From a virus, in the UHGV virus genome UHGV-1374697: DNA of 64,000 nt, one strand, 5' to 3'. The translations under genes were made by a program, and so were the position numbers. Below, piece after piece: positions 46,222 through 56,395 of the stretch (position 1 is its first letter; each line of letters opens with the position of its first letter). The notes beneath the pieces are model-generated. The model was not told the DNA's origin. It ran no database searches and saw only the letters and a program-made list of their open reading frames with translations.

Positions 46222-46713
46222 TTATTTTGTTTTAGTTGCTTTGAGGGCGCGGCGTTCAGCCTGTATGCCCAAGGATGTGTCCGCTTGAGGCGGCAGGATA
46301 TTGAATGCCCATTCAGTTACCAACTGCTGGAAGAGATACCAGCGGAAGTAGAGCTGGGATTCGACGAGAGGCTCATACATTAGATAGGAGAAGAAGGGGT
46401 ACTTTCGAGGACTGCCCAGATTTAATCTGTAAGGCTCGAGGTGGGGGGCTTCCGAACTATTCGAGAATATCTTTGTCCGAAAGTATTTAGGACGCACCCC
46501 ATGTACGGGGTCGACGTCTTTGAACGCCATCACATGGGTTGGATTCGCTCTGTCTGGGTAGGGGTGCATGACCTCGCCACGTGTAGGCGCGAGCCTTGCG
46601 GTATTTCCATTTACCCACGCAAGGTAGTAGGCACGGTATCTCCATGCTTTTCCCCACACCTCCTTATCCCGTGCTACCTCATGGAAGACGGTGGCGTTTT
46701 CGCTAATTGCCAT
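46222..46713 (-). CDS. hypothetical protein
   Basis: 163-aa ORF. Confidence 0.4.
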   Translation of the reverse strand: MAISENATVFHEVARDKEVWGKAWRYRAYYLAWVNGNTARLAPTRGEVMHPYPDRANPTHVMAFKDVDPVHGVRPKYFRTKIFSNSSEAPHLEPYRLNLGSPRKYPFFSYLMYEPLVESQLYFRWYLFQQLVTEWAFNILPPQADTSLGIQAERRALKATKTK

Positions 46714-47464
46714 ACTCCGTGGTCCCTTTCAGGTTTTTATCCTCTTGTGCGTCCGCAAGGTAGTTGACGAAGTTAATGAAGGTAGCCGCGTCGAATTCGG
46801 GCAGTTCGTTTTTGTAACTGGCGTATGCGCTCGTATTGGCCATAGGAATTGCGGGCCACGGTTTATATACGTTGGTCAACTTCTCGGCAATGTCGCGCAG
46901 GAACTGGCTGTACTCTTCTGATGGAGCCACGAGGGAGAGGAAAGCATCCGGATGTTCGGGATTGTCCGAAGTCTCTACCTCCCGGTCAAACGTCAGCGGG
47001 TCGTCCGCGTATTCGACATGGGAGAGTTTGGCGTTGTACTTTCTTGTTCTCTTGAGGCTCTTCTTATACTTCTTCGCATGTTCACGAAGCTTGTCAAGGT
47101 CGTCGAGCCACATAGGAACCTGTTGCCACCACGAGCGCATAGCCTCGACGCGTAAGCGAATGAGATAGGCTGAACGCATGATTTGGGTCAGGCATCCGCA
47201 ATGGTAGTGTGTGCGCGTTAAATGTTTGTGGTTCATCGTGACCACATTCCCGCATGCACATTGCGCGACATACGGATATCGGACATCGTGGGAGTACCCG
47301 ATAACTGTTAGAATCCCCTGACTATGACCAACAGGCAACGGTTCATCATCCGTCCCCATATAATCGGGGAACGTTTCTGGGGTCTTCACTTCCTCCGGCA
47401 AGTTCATGAGAGCTACCGGGGTCCAACGACGGAATACTTCCTGAATGTTTTCGGGTTTGGACAT
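46703..47464 (-). CDS. possible HNH-type endonuclease
   Basis: AQCACGNVVTMNHKHLTRTHYHCGC, a Cys/His cluster resembling an HNH zinc finger. Has its own TTGACA-N16-TATATT promoter-like element at 47471-47498. Confidence 0.35.
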   Translation of the reverse strand: MSKPENIQEVFRRWTPVALMNLPEEVKTPETFPDYMGTDDEPLPVGHSQGILTVIGYSHDVRYPYVAQCACGNVVTMNHKHLTRTHYHCGCLTQIMRSAYLIRLRVEAMRSWWQQVPMWLDDLDKLREHAKKYKKSLKRTRKYNAKLSHVEYADDPLTFDREVETSDNPEHPDAFLSLVAPSEEYSQFLRDIAEKLTNVYKPWPAIPMANTSAYASYKNELPEFDAATFINFVNYLADAQEDKNLKGTTEYGN

Positions 47465-47500
47465 GACCTCAATATAGAAGAAAAAAGAATCTTGTCAAGT

Positions 47501-48160
47501 TTATTTAGTGTCTTCTTCGGGCTTTTCGCCCTTCTTCTTGAGCTTCAAGGTGATGGTACGGGCCGCGCTTCCTTCTTCCAGTTCAGGGCGAGTGCCATCC
47601 TTGTTCAGAGTTACTGGTCCACCCTGCAATCCCATCTGTGTCACTATCTCGGTTTGTTCCAGCTCGAACTGCTGGATGACCTGTGACAGTAGGTCCATGT
47701 CGCGCTTCGCAATCGCTTCGTTAAACTTCTCCCACAGACCGTGGCTTCGCTCCATGATAGAGAGGAAGAGAGGTACATCCTTAATTGATTGTATCTCTGC
47801 GTCGGCCATGAAGGAAGCGACACGGGAGAATCCACTGTTCATCAGTTCTTTGTACTGGCTACTCATGGATTCAACGATGTCAAGCTCTATCTTCGTCCTC
47901 GCCTCTTGGCGTTGGAGGATGCGTGCCTGTGTGTTCTGTGTGTACGTATTGAGAAGTTCATTGCGGATAGCCAGTTCCTCCTTCGAGAGTTGGACGCTAT
48001 CAACAATCTTATCAACACGTTCACGGGGGAGGCCAGTAACTTCCGAGATGACAGGAACCGGGGTCCCTGCCTTGTACATCTCAATGGCCTTCCTTATAAC
48101 GGTGTTCTCGTTAGTGATTGGTTTGGGGGTGGCTATCTTTGCGGCGGCTCTTAGGTCCAT
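47501..48160 (-). CDS. HTH plus coiled-coil protein, small-terminase candidate
   Basis: N-terminal HTH-like VISEVTGLPRERVDKIV then coiled coil. Adjacent to terminase large subunit (TerL) with a 10-bp overlap. Confidence 0.3.
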   Translation of the reverse strand: MDLRAAAKIATPKPITNENTVIRKAIEMYKAGTPVPVISEVTGLPRERVDKIVDSVQLSKEELAIRNELLNTYTQNTQARILQRQEARTKIELDIVESMSSQYKELMNSGFSRVASFMADAEIQSIKDVPLFLSIMERSHGLWEKFNEAIAKRDMDLLSQVIQQFELEQTEIVTQMGLQGGPVTLNKDGTRPELEEGSAARTITLKLKKKGEKPEEDTK

Positions 48161-49986
48161 AGCATGTTCATTGCGGCGGTTACGTCGGAGGCAAAGGTGT
48201 CGCGGGCAGGAGCGGGGGCATTGCTGTCGTGGGTAAACCCTCCGAGATACCTGCCAATGTCTGCGGCTTCGATGTACGCAGTTCCGTCTTCGCGATATTT
48301 GATTACCTCTTGATGTTCTACCACCTTATGGTTCTGAATGTCAAGCCTAATCTTACCGAACTCCGGTCCCATGATTCCCCGGCACACGTGCACCAATAGT
48401 GCTAGTGCGTCCGCGTTGTCCGGGGATTTATGAATCCGTTTCTTCATGGCCGCCTTGGGTTCCACGGCAATTCGGGTTCCATTCATGGTGTAGAGCCGGG
48501 ATTTAAGCTCGACGATAGTTGTCGGGTCGAGGCCATAAAGTTGGCGAGCATTGATTGCCAGTTTCATACATCCCCAAAGCTCGGAGACCTTGTTGCTATA
48601 TTGCTGGCATGCCTCCTGATTCTGCAACAGGCCAATGGGCACTTTGCTCGCCATACCCGCGAAGCTGACCGTCTGGAAGTCCGTGCCAACGTGCTGGGCG
48701 AGGATGTCGATGAAACCAGTGCCTCCGGTTACGTCCACGGCAAGGTACTTACTGTCGACATTGTTAGCGCGGAGAATCTCTCCAACTTGCTGGGCGATGT
48801 CGAAGTTCCTTTGCTTCATCCGTTCCTTGTCGGACGTAGACTTCAACAGATAGGTACGGAACACCGCGCACGCCCAAAGCCCTTCAACCGTTCGTCCGAC
48901 TTTGGCGAGCTTCAAACATGACTGGTCACCGCCGTTGGTGTAGGCAGGGTCCAATCCTGCGATGGTAATCAACTCGCCGTCTCCCCAGACGGGCATGGCA
49001 TCCGCGCCACTGCCGTAAATTTCAGCCTCCGACATTAGCGAACCTTCTTCCGTATCATCTGAAAAGGTTGCCCGGTGGAACCGCATCACGAACGGACTAT
49101 TCTCCCCATATTGTTCAATCGTTTGCTGAACGATGTCCAACGGGGTGTAGAAGCTCCAATCCTCGCGGCCATATTTGATGCGGGGGTTTTGAGTGTTATC
49201 GAAGCGGATGTAAATCCCGTCCTTGGTCTCCCACTCGTATTCCTCAAAGATGTCAACGCTGTTCCACCCATCCTTGGGCATAGCCATAACACCAAAGGCA
49301 TCGGTGCGGCTCTTGGGGTTAGAGGCGGCCATCAGGGTAGGAGGCGTGTCCGCTCTGTTGGTGATGAGGTTGGTACGCCACACCTCGACGAGTTCAATCG
49401 GCAATTCGGAAAGCTCGTCGTAAAAGACGTGCATGTTCTTTGCCTTAATACCGATAAATCGGCTACTGGGGTCGCCGACGTTCGCGCAGGGGATAATGGA
49501 GATGCCGCGGGAATCGTCAATATCTCCGTCCTCGTTCACGCCTTTAATCTGTCCCTTGCCATCAACGAGCTTACCCGGAAATTCCTTGCGCCACAACCGT
49601 TTAATATCCTTGAAGATACGTTTCTTCGCACCTTCAATAGTAGTCGATGTGACTAGGCAAAGAGTATCGACGGGGTCGGCCAGATAGAAGAGCGTCGCCA
49701 TGATAGCCATAGATAATGACTTCCCAGAGGACGAGCCTCCACCCATGATGACCACATCATATTTGCACGCGGTTTCAATCATCCGTTCAATCCACGGTGT
49801 CCAGATAATGGGAGTAGGACTGCCCTTGTAATTCCACAGGAGGTTGATGGCGTTCTTAGCGTGTCCATACCTGCCCAGCCCTCCCTTCTCTTCGGGCCAT
49901 GCGTATTTGAAGCACCAGAGTTCGATGTCCAATTCCGAAACTCCGTACTCCCATTGTCGTCCATAGCGGGTAAAGTGTCTAGCCAT
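48151..49986 (-). CDS. terL: terminase large subunit
   Basis: Walker A VVIMGGGSSSGKS, Walker B MHVFYDELSE, C-terminal nuclease-domain Asp motif LAVDVTGGTGFID. Confidence 0.8.
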   Translation of the reverse strand: MARHFTRYGRQWEYGVSELDIELWCFKYAWPEEKGGLGRYGHAKNAINLLWNYKGSPTPIIWTPWIERMIETACKYDVVIMGGGSSSGKSLSMAIMATLFYLADPVDTLCLVTSTTIEGAKKRIFKDIKRLWRKEFPGKLVDGKGQIKGVNEDGDIDDSRGISIIPCANVGDPSSRFIGIKAKNMHVFYDELSELPIELVEVWRTNLITNRADTPPTLMAASNPKSRTDAFGVMAMPKDGWNSVDIFEEYEWETKDGIYIRFDNTQNPRIKYGREDWSFYTPLDIVQQTIEQYGENSPFVMRFHRATFSDDTEEGSLMSEAEIYGSGADAMPVWGDGELITIAGLDPAYTNGGDQSCLKLAKVGRTVEGLWACAVFRTYLLKSTSDKERMKQRNFDIAQQVGEILRANNVDSKYLAVDVTGGTGFIDILAQHVGTDFQTVSFAGMASKVPIGLLQNQEACQQYSNKVSELWGCMKLAINARQLYGLDPTTIVELKSRLYTMNGTRIAVEPKAAMKKRIHKSPDNADALALLVHVCRGIMGPEFGKIRLDIQNHKVVEHQEVIKYREDGTAYIEAADIGRYLGGFTHDSNAPAPARDTFASDVTAAMNMLWT

Positions 49987-49992
49987 AACAGG

Positions 49993-50508
49993 TCAAAGCC
50001 TTTCTATATCCCAGTTGTCGAGGGTCAGTGTGTGGTCGTCGTTCAGTTCCCGGTACGCGTACAATAGAATGAGAAGAGCGTCAGCGTTCTGTAGCGTCAC
50101 CTTCGCGCCGGGGAAGTTCTCCATCGCGATGCGTTTCAGGTTGTTCTTCCACCGGGTCCTGTCACGGGCGGTCAGGCCCGTATCATACGCGCCAACGGCA
50201 CGCATCCATACGATTGGGGAAACCTTTGTGACGGTGTACCCCGCCGCCGCGGCGTAACCGAGGACCTTCCCGGTTGCCTCTCCCAATACGCCACTACTTC
50301 TCGGATTGGACACCTTGCCACCTCCGCTCATGGCATAGCTCATCTTCTCAATGTACATGATACGATGACGGCTACGTGGCAGTTTGTTCAATATGATTTC
50401 CAGTTCCCTTTCGTCCTCTGGCATGTGCTTTATCCAGATTTTCTTGCTCCGGGTGTCCGCGAGTACGAGGGCTCCGTGGGTTCCGGGGTCACAACCAATA
50501 ATCTGCAT
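49993..50508 (-). CDS. RuvC-like Holliday-junction resolvase
   Basis: N-terminal IIGCDPGTHGALVLA (catalytic Asp), IEKMSY (Glu), C-terminal NADALLIL. Confidence 0.6.
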   Translation of the reverse strand: MQIIGCDPGTHGALVLADTRSKKIWIKHMPEDERELEIILNKLPRSRHRIMYIEKMSYAMSGGGKVSNPRSSGVLGEATGKVLGYAAAAGYTVTKVSPIVWMRAVGAYDTGLTARDRTRWKNNLKRIAMENFPGAKVTLQNADALLILLYAYRELNDDHTLTLDNWDIERL

Positions 50509-50513
50509 GACAG

Positions 50514-50542
50514 ACTATACTGGATAAATCCCTACTAGTCAA
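50514..50542 (-). promoter_or_regulatory. sigma70-like promoter TTGACT-N17-TATAGT, 5 nt upstream of the RuvC/TerL operon ATG (leaderless-type)
   Basis: Read directly on the minus strand: CTTGACTAGTAGGGATTTATCCAGTATAGTCTGTCATG. Confidence 0.45.
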
Positions 50543-50557
50543 GCCGGAAAATAAGAC

Positions 50558-50580
50558 GGCCACCCCGGTATGGGATGGCC
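50558..50580 (-). terminator. hairpin terminator candidate
   Basis: GGCCACCCC-GGTAT-GGGATGGCC (8 of 9 bp pair), followed on the minus strand by GTCTTATTTTCC. Confidence 0.35.
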
Positions 50581-50650
50581 GAATGGAACGTGCTCCTTTT
50601 TTACCCGCAATGCGGTGCTACGGGATAAACCCGTCAGAGCCGGGAGGGGG

Positions 50651-51418
50651 TTACTTGGTCACGGCGGAAAGGAGGCCCATCTCTTGGATGGCTTCAACCT
50701 GACCTTCCACCGGGTGCGGTTTGAACTTGAGATACGCTTTGGCGTAGCTGTTCTTCCCGTCACGGGAGACGGCGCGTTGTGCGCCAATCTGCACACGGAA
50801 GGGCAGGGAGCCGAGCTTGTTCCCCTTCAACATCATGAACTGGATGAAGGGAGCACCAACGCCCGTGTACTGGTTACCTTCCGGGGTGTATCGTGCCAGC
50901 GTCCACTGGTCGCCCATGAAGTCAATGGTGAAGAGAGCGTCAAGGTCATCCTCGGTGGTACTTGCGTCCTTAATACCCTGCGGCTTCTTAACCAGTAGCC
51001 ACATGGCAAGGGCACGGTTGACCTGCGACTTGTCGAATCCTTCTGCTTCATACTCTTCCTTCGTATTCCACGTCTTAGCATATACGCCGGGCTGACGTTC
51101 GTTGTACGGGATGTATTCGCGGAAGAACTTACGAGCCTTCAATACGATACATTCAAGAGGATTATTGCGCTCGGCAACGACCAGACCGTTGAGAAGGAAC
51201 GCACCCAAACTGCCAATCGGTTCTTCCAGCTTAGCCTCATCGCAAGAGGCTTGCCACAGTTTGAGGTAAGGAATCTGGATATCCGAAGCGTCGGTCTCGC
51301 CCTCGAAGGAGTGGTATTCCGTAGCGGTTGCGAGTTGATTGGGTTCCGGGGTTCCCAGTTCCAATGCGTCTCCCGGGTCTATTCCTAAGGTTTCGTGTTC
51401 TGTTTTCTTAGTAGCCAT
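50651..51418 (-). CDS. hypothetical protein, possible single-strand annealing/recombination partner of the nuclease
   Basis: 255 aa, directly downstream of the Cas4-like nuclease. Assignment by context only. Confidence 0.3.
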   Translation of the reverse strand: MATKKTEHETLGIDPGDALELGTPEPNQLATATEYHSFEGETDASDIQIPYLKLWQASCDEAKLEEPIGSLGAFLLNGLVVAERNNPLECIVLKARKFFREYIPYNERQPGVYAKTWNTKEEYEAEGFDKSQVNRALAMWLLVKKPQGIKDASTTEDDLDALFTIDFMGDQWTLARYTPEGNQYTGVGAPFIQFMMLKGNKLGSLPFRVQIGAQRAVSRDGKNSYAKAYLKFKPHPVEGQVEAIQEMGLLSAVTK

Positions 51419-51527
51419 AGTATTCGTTTATTCTTGGTTTTGGGTTGAGGGCTTCTTTGGCGAGTGAACTACCCTCGGTAACTTCTCTGACGCGACTATA
51501 TCACAAGTTCGTGAGATGTCAAGAACT

Positions 51528-52742
51528 TTATTTGATTTTGAGCAAAGCCATCGCGCTCGTCACTTCTTTCACCACTCCAAGTTCTTGAAGCTCTTCGAGC
51601 AACGATTCCTTGGCTTCCTTCATCTCGGCACGTGTGGCTCCTTCAACTTTGTTTTTATCTACCACCATGTCAAGAAGCTTCGACACAGGAAGGCGGGAGA
51701 TGCTGTCCAGAATTTCCTCTGGGGAAATGTACTGCTCGACGTAGGCACGGAAGGCATCATTGTCCACCTTCACGGTATTGCCTCGCCGTGCATACTTCCA
51801 TCCGGGAACATCAACGCCGCAAGCGAAGAGGGTCTTGGCATAGTCCTTATGCACCTTGTTGGCCTCCGCGATAATGTTCGCAAAGGAAAGAAGGGAGCCA
51901 AGGGTTTCCGGGTTGTCCATCGCCGTACCGACGTTATCAATCATCCCTTCGGCTAGGTCCTTGTCCTTCAACACTTTGAGCGAGAAGTTACGGGCCATGC
52001 TAGTCACCTTCTTGCACTGGGCAAGCCGGGAACAGTAGGGGCAGACGTGCGGAGAGGATGAGTAGGCATAAGGATTCTCCGCATCACGGCAATGGCGGGC
52101 AATGACTGCGGACATGTTTCCCCTTGCGGTAGCTTCATCCATAGGGACGACAGACATATCCGTGGTGAACTTCGGCCCCTTACCATCACGGTAGAACGCC
52201 GCAATCTTCATGCTTTCGGTCTGGCTGGGCTGAACCACCGCGAGGATAATGCGCTTACATTCAGGGCGTTCTGCCATTTCCAGCAAACCGTAGTAGATGA
52301 ACTGGGTATTCTCGGCAGGGTCGGATACGGGGACCATCCCCATCTTGTAGTCAATAATCATGGAAGTATCACCATGCCGGACAAGAACGTCAGCCGTTCC
52401 GGTTTGTGCTTCATCGTCTGGGTTGAAGACGATTCCTTCAAACTTATGTTCCGGGAGTACTTCTACCTTGTCCGTTTGTACCTCGGTTGCGAAGATGGAC
52501 ATGAGCCTATCCACCATGTTGGATGCCGCAGTGTAGAGGATGTGTTCATGCTTGGTCAAAAGGGAATCTGGGTTCTTGGTTTCGAGGGCCGCGTGAACAC
52601 GGGTCCCAATGGCCGCCGGGGAGAAGTCATCCTCTTCTTCCTCTTTAGTCATGGGGCGTGGGACATATCCGGGACAGGTAGCGAGCAATGCCATCTTACT
52701 CGGACTATACTTACTATGAGTGTTGGTTTCGTTATTAGCCAT
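51528..52742 (-). CDS. PD-(D/E)xK nuclease, Cas4/RecB-like with Fe-S cysteines
   Basis: ADVLVRHGDTSMIIDYKMG (D ... D/ExK core); four Cys, one N-terminal (CPGY) and three C-terminal (CPYCSRLAQC). Confidence 0.6.
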   Translation of the reverse strand: MANNETNTHSKYSPSKMALLATCPGYVPRPMTKEEEEDDFSPAAIGTRVHAALETKNPDSLLTKHEHILYTAASNMVDRLMSIFATEVQTDKVEVLPEHKFEGIVFNPDDEAQTGTADVLVRHGDTSMIIDYKMGMVPVSDPAENTQFIYYGLLEMAERPECKRIILAVVQPSQTESMKIAAFYRDGKGPKFTTDMSVVPMDEATARGNMSAVIARHCRDAENPYAYSSSPHVCPYCSRLAQCKKVTSMARNFSLKVLKDKDLAEGMIDNVGTAMDNPETLGSLLSFANIIAEANKVHKDYAKTLFACGVDVPGWKYARRGNTVKVDNDAFRAYVEQYISPEEILDSISRLPVSKLLDMVVDKNKVEGATRAEMKEAKESLLEELQELGVVKEVTSAMALLKIK

Positions 52743-54090
52743 TTGATGTTAATGCGTTAAGACAAATTTCTTTTGTGTTGAGTGCTTGAATAATTCTTTC
52801 TTCCACCGTACCGGAGGCGGTCACGATGTATTGCAATGTGTGTGACTTTGCACCGAGGCGGGCGATACGTCCTTGTGCCTGAAGCAAATTGACAATGGCG
52901 AAGTCCGGCGAGATAAGTGCGGCGCGGGGGTGGCCTCCCTCGGTATCGTGAAGCGACACCCCAGTTCCTCCTGCACTAATCTGCACGAGAGCGAGAGGAA
53001 CTTCATTCCGTTGGAACTTGTCCACCTCTTCCTGTCGGTTCTTCCCGGTCACCGCTCCACTAATCTCGGAGTAGGGAACTGTTCTCCCCGATTTATTGTT
53101 AATGAGTTCCGAGAGTGTGGAGAGACTGTCGAGGAAAGACACGAAGATGGTGACGCTATATCCGCTGTCTAGAAGTTCAACTGCCTTCTCTGCCATCGTG
53201 GGGAGCTTAGCCAATTCAGATTGCTGGCGAAGCCGAAGGAGTTCAACGATAGCAGGAAGTTCGATTCCCTTCTCGTTAGCACGTTCGATGGACTGGTCCC
53301 ACGATTTGTCCAGCTTGTCAAGTGCTTTCTGTAATTGTTTAATCTCTTTCATACCTTTCATGTCCACGTCCACGGACAAGTATTCGATTCTATTCTCTGG
53401 GAAGAAAGTGTCAAGCTTTTCCTTGTCAATCTCTGTCATAACTCCCGCGGTGTAGAGCTTTTGTTTCAGGCCCTCCATCATAGCGTGGTTACGGGGGTTG
53501 AGCTTAAACTCGATGCCTCCCCAGAAGCAATCGGTGCATCCGTGCATACGTGCCCAGAGCCAGAACCCGCGCCGGGGGTCTTGAATCCACTTGGCATACG
53601 TCGCGGGAACGCTCATGTCAAGAGGGGAGACGAAGGGAGTGGCAGAGAGCATAATCGTTGGAAGCCTTTGATGAGCCGCAGTTAATGCCATGATGTTGCT
53701 TTGGCTACCATAGGTTTTGGCCTTATGGCTTTCATCAAGGACCAGCAAGGAATCGTCGGGAAGGGTCCAAGCCCCGAAGACTATCCGGGACTTGGGAACC
53801 TTTGTAGGGCGTTTGTAGTAGGAGGTACTTCCCCTGCGCACCTTCTCCCATGAGAGGACATCCACCGCGTCCGCTCCTTGCTGTTCAATCGCTCGCTTCC
53901 ATTGGGTCACTACGATGGCAGGGCAGACGACGAGAAGTCTCTTGCCCATAGCCTTCGCGGTTTCGATAGTAACCAATGTCTTCCCCGTACCCGTGCAGGA
54001 TTTATTAATCACGAAGCCATGCCGGGTAATTGCTTCCACCATATCATGGATGCAATCTTCTTGCGGAGGGAATGGAGTAAGTGCAACCAT
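52735..54090 (-). CDS. SF2 helicase (SNF2/DEAH-like)
   Basis: Motif I CTGTGKT, Ia VVCPAIVV, II LVLDESHKAK, III LSATP, VI QAQGRIARLG. Confidence 0.8.
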   Translation of the reverse strand: MVALTPFPPQEDCIHDMVEAITRHGFVINKSCTGTGKTLVTIETAKAMGKRLLVVCPAIVVTQWKRAIEQQGADAVDVLSWEKVRRGSTSYYKRPTKVPKSRIVFGAWTLPDDSLLVLDESHKAKTYGSQSNIMALTAAHQRLPTIMLSATPFVSPLDMSVPATYAKWIQDPRRGFWLWARMHGCTDCFWGGIEFKLNPRNHAMMEGLKQKLYTAGVMTEIDKEKLDTFFPENRIEYLSVDVDMKGMKEIKQLQKALDKLDKSWDQSIERANEKGIELPAIVELLRLRQQSELAKLPTMAEKAVELLDSGYSVTIFVSFLDSLSTLSELINNKSGRTVPYSEISGAVTGKNRQEEVDKFQRNEVPLALVQISAGGTGVSLHDTEGGHPRAALISPDFAIVNLLQAQGRIARLGAKSHTLQYIVTASGTVEERIIQALNTKEICLNALTSNG

Positions 54091-56144
54091 TATTTTCTGT
54101 ACTTGTCCATGATTTCAGGTTCGGCAAGGAGCGGAAGGGAAGAAGCCCACTGCGGAGTTTCTTCCATTATCTGTTCGATGCGCTGGGCGTATTCCTCGGC
54201 ACGGTCAGCCGGAACCATCACTACGGCTTCGTCATGTACGAGAAGGACAGGTTGCGCACCCTCTAATTCCTTGCACAGGCGATTGAACGTGCGGACCATG
54301 AGGTCACGTGCGATTGCCTGAATATTGTTGTTGCTAAGGAGGTTAGTATTGACAATGGAGGACTTGTATCCGAGGTCGACACATGTTGCGAAGTAGGGAC
54401 GGCGACCATCCTTCGGCTGAACCAGCTTCTTGTAACAGTTCCGATAATAAAGCTTCCGGCCAGAGGGAAGGGAGAGCGCAAAACTATGGGAGGGGGTACG
54501 ATAGCCACGAGCCGCTAATGCGTCCAACTCTCTCCACCATGCCACCACTTCTGGGCTACGACTGCGGTACATGTCCACAATCGCTTGGCACTGGTCCCTG
54601 TCCATTCCGGGGTTCGAGCGTTGAATAGCCTTCCATCCAGCACTAAAGCCGCAAGCAAGTACCCCAGCCTTCACATGCTGACGTAAATCCGCTTGCCCCG
54701 GAGTTTCCTTACAGTACTGTTTGAAGTCCTTAACGTCCGCGGGGATGAGGCCCCAGCCTTTCGCGTTAGCGGCATAGATGTCCTTCTCACCAGCACGGAG
54801 GGTGTCAAGAATTTTCTCCTGCCCACAGAGCCAAGCGGTCAGACGTGCTTCAATCCCTGCCCAGTCGCATACCACGAGCTTATACCCTTCCGGGGCCTGA
54901 ATGGCATTGCGCTGGCTAAAGCCCAAAACATCCTCACGGTTAAGCTGTTGCAGGTTCAGTTTATCGCCTCCGGCTGACCAGCGTCCCGTACTTGCGCCAC
55001 AATATGTCAGAGTATAGGGAAGCCGTTCCACTCCTTCATGGTCAGTATAGACGCGGGAAAGCATGCGCTCGGTAATACTAATCATGCGGTTTACGCTCCT
55101 GTATTTCCCAATAAGCGTTACCCACGGGACGAGATGGCCATACTCTTCCAGCCAGTCCGTAAATTTCTCACTGACCTTACTTGTCGTCTCCGGCGGCGGG
55201 ATGTTCAGCTCTTCACACGCTTTGTGTAATTGAGGAATTGAAAGTTTCTTTTCAAGTGGGATAGCTTCCTTGTAGTCCTCTTTCGCCTGATGGAGTTTCT
55301 CCAATCCGTCAAGAAGATACTGGCGGGAAGTAGGAACTCCGCGCCATCCCATGATGCAGGTATTGAGCCAACAGGCGCGTTCATCTTCCGGCCAGAAGTT
55401 CTTCATCTTGTCCCACACGGCGAGACAGTAGTAACTATCGCCCGCCACGTATTCCTTCATGTCGTCTGGGATGACTTCCATCTTGCGGAAATCAACGCCT
55501 TCGGCCTTGGCTCGGACTTCCTTGCTAATCTCTACTCCCCAAAGCTTTGCGACAATCTTGTCAAGAGAGCCATAGATGGCGAGATAGTTGGAAGCGGCGC
55601 GGGAACAGAGCCATGCCTTGAAGGGCGGCTGGAAGCTTGGCGTGCACGGGATGCCCTTGGACCCCGGCGCGTGCAATCCAAAGAGGTAAACGGCATAGTC
55701 GAAGCTGGCGTTAAACGCGACGAGGGTTTTGTCCTTCGTAGTTTTCTCCCAATCAAAATCCTTCGGATGTCCTACCCAGCAATACTTCCCGTCATAGACG
55801 GACATGATGTATGCGTCGAACCGTGGGTCCAGACAGTAGGAATGCGGGTCCATGAACTTGAGGGAATATTTCCCCTCATAATACGTTTCAAAGTCAACGG
55901 CAAGAGTATCACCTGTGAGTTTGGTCTGGTCGTCTGTAATCTCCATTTCATACCCCGGAATGCGAGGCAATGAAAATGATATAGGGTTCTTATCTATTTC
56001 TTCGTGCATTAGTGTTTGGGTGTATTTAGTTGTTCCTTCGCTTGCGCGTAGTATTCTTGTGGGGTGCTCATAGGAATTCCGGCGGTTCTGTCCTTCTTGT
56101 ACATCTTGACGGCACGGTTCATGTGGTTCACGACTTCCCGGCAT
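54090..56144 (-). CDS. polA: family-A DNA polymerase with 3'-5' exonuclease
   Basis: Exo I LAVDFETYY; Pol motif A LVVCDWAGIEARL (DYSQIELR-like); motif B RQHVKAGVLACGFSAG; motif C LLVHDEAVV. ORF start overlaps the upstream MazG ORF, so the true start is probably an internal Met. Confidence 0.85.
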   Translation of the reverse strand: MPGSREPHEPCRQDVQEGQNRRNSYEHPTRILRASEGTTKYTQTLMHEEIDKNPISFSLPRIPGYEMEITDDQTKLTGDTLAVDFETYYEGKYSLKFMDPHSYCLDPRFDAYIMSVYDGKYCWVGHPKDFDWEKTTKDKTLVAFNASFDYAVYLFGLHAPGSKGIPCTPSFQPPFKAWLCSRAASNYLAIYGSLDKIVAKLWGVEISKEVRAKAEGVDFRKMEVIPDDMKEYVAGDSYYCLAVWDKMKNFWPEDERACWLNTCIMGWRGVPTSRQYLLDGLEKLHQAKEDYKEAIPLEKKLSIPQLHKACEELNIPPPETTSKVSEKFTDWLEEYGHLVPWVTLIGKYRSVNRMISITERMLSRVYTDHEGVERLPYTLTYCGASTGRWSAGGDKLNLQQLNREDVLGFSQRNAIQAPEGYKLVVCDWAGIEARLTAWLCGQEKILDTLRAGEKDIYAANAKGWGLIPADVKDFKQYCKETPGQADLRQHVKAGVLACGFSAGWKAIQRSNPGMDRDQCQAIVDMYRSRSPEVVAWWRELDALAARGYRTPSHSFALSLPSGRKLYYRNCYKKLVQPKDGRRPYFATCVDLGYKSSIVNTNLLSNNNIQAIARDLMVRTFNRLCKELEGAQPVLLVHDEAVVMVPADRAEEYAQRIEQIMEETPQWASSLPLLAEPEIMDKYRK

Positions 56145-56392
56145 TTTTCGTTTGCGAGGAATATCCCATCCTCAAAGGAGAAACCTTCATCGCGCCCCGT
56201 AGCGGCTACTAGGCGCAATGCGAGAATGGCGATGTCGGTTGCCTCCTTTACGCGGTCCTCCGCGTCAGCTTCCCGGTATTCTTCAATCTCCCACAGAAGA
56301 TGGCGCAGGAGGTCAGCGGCTGATTCCTCTAATCCCATATAGGAGAAGTGGGAATCAACAGTTTGGGCGGCGATTGCAATTTCGTTGTACAT
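56009..56392 (-). CDS. MazG-like all-alpha NTP pyrophosphohydrolase
   Basis: LWEIEEYREADAEDRVKEATDIAILALRL (EExxE...E..D metal-binding helices). Confidence 0.55.
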   Translation of the reverse strand: MYNEIAIAAQTVDSHFSYMGLEESAADLLRHLLWEIEEYREADAEDRVKEATDIAILALRLVAATGRDEGFSFEDGIFLANEKCREVVNHMNRAVKMYKKDRTAGIPMSTPQEYYAQAKEQLNTPKH

Positions 56393-56395
56393 AGT

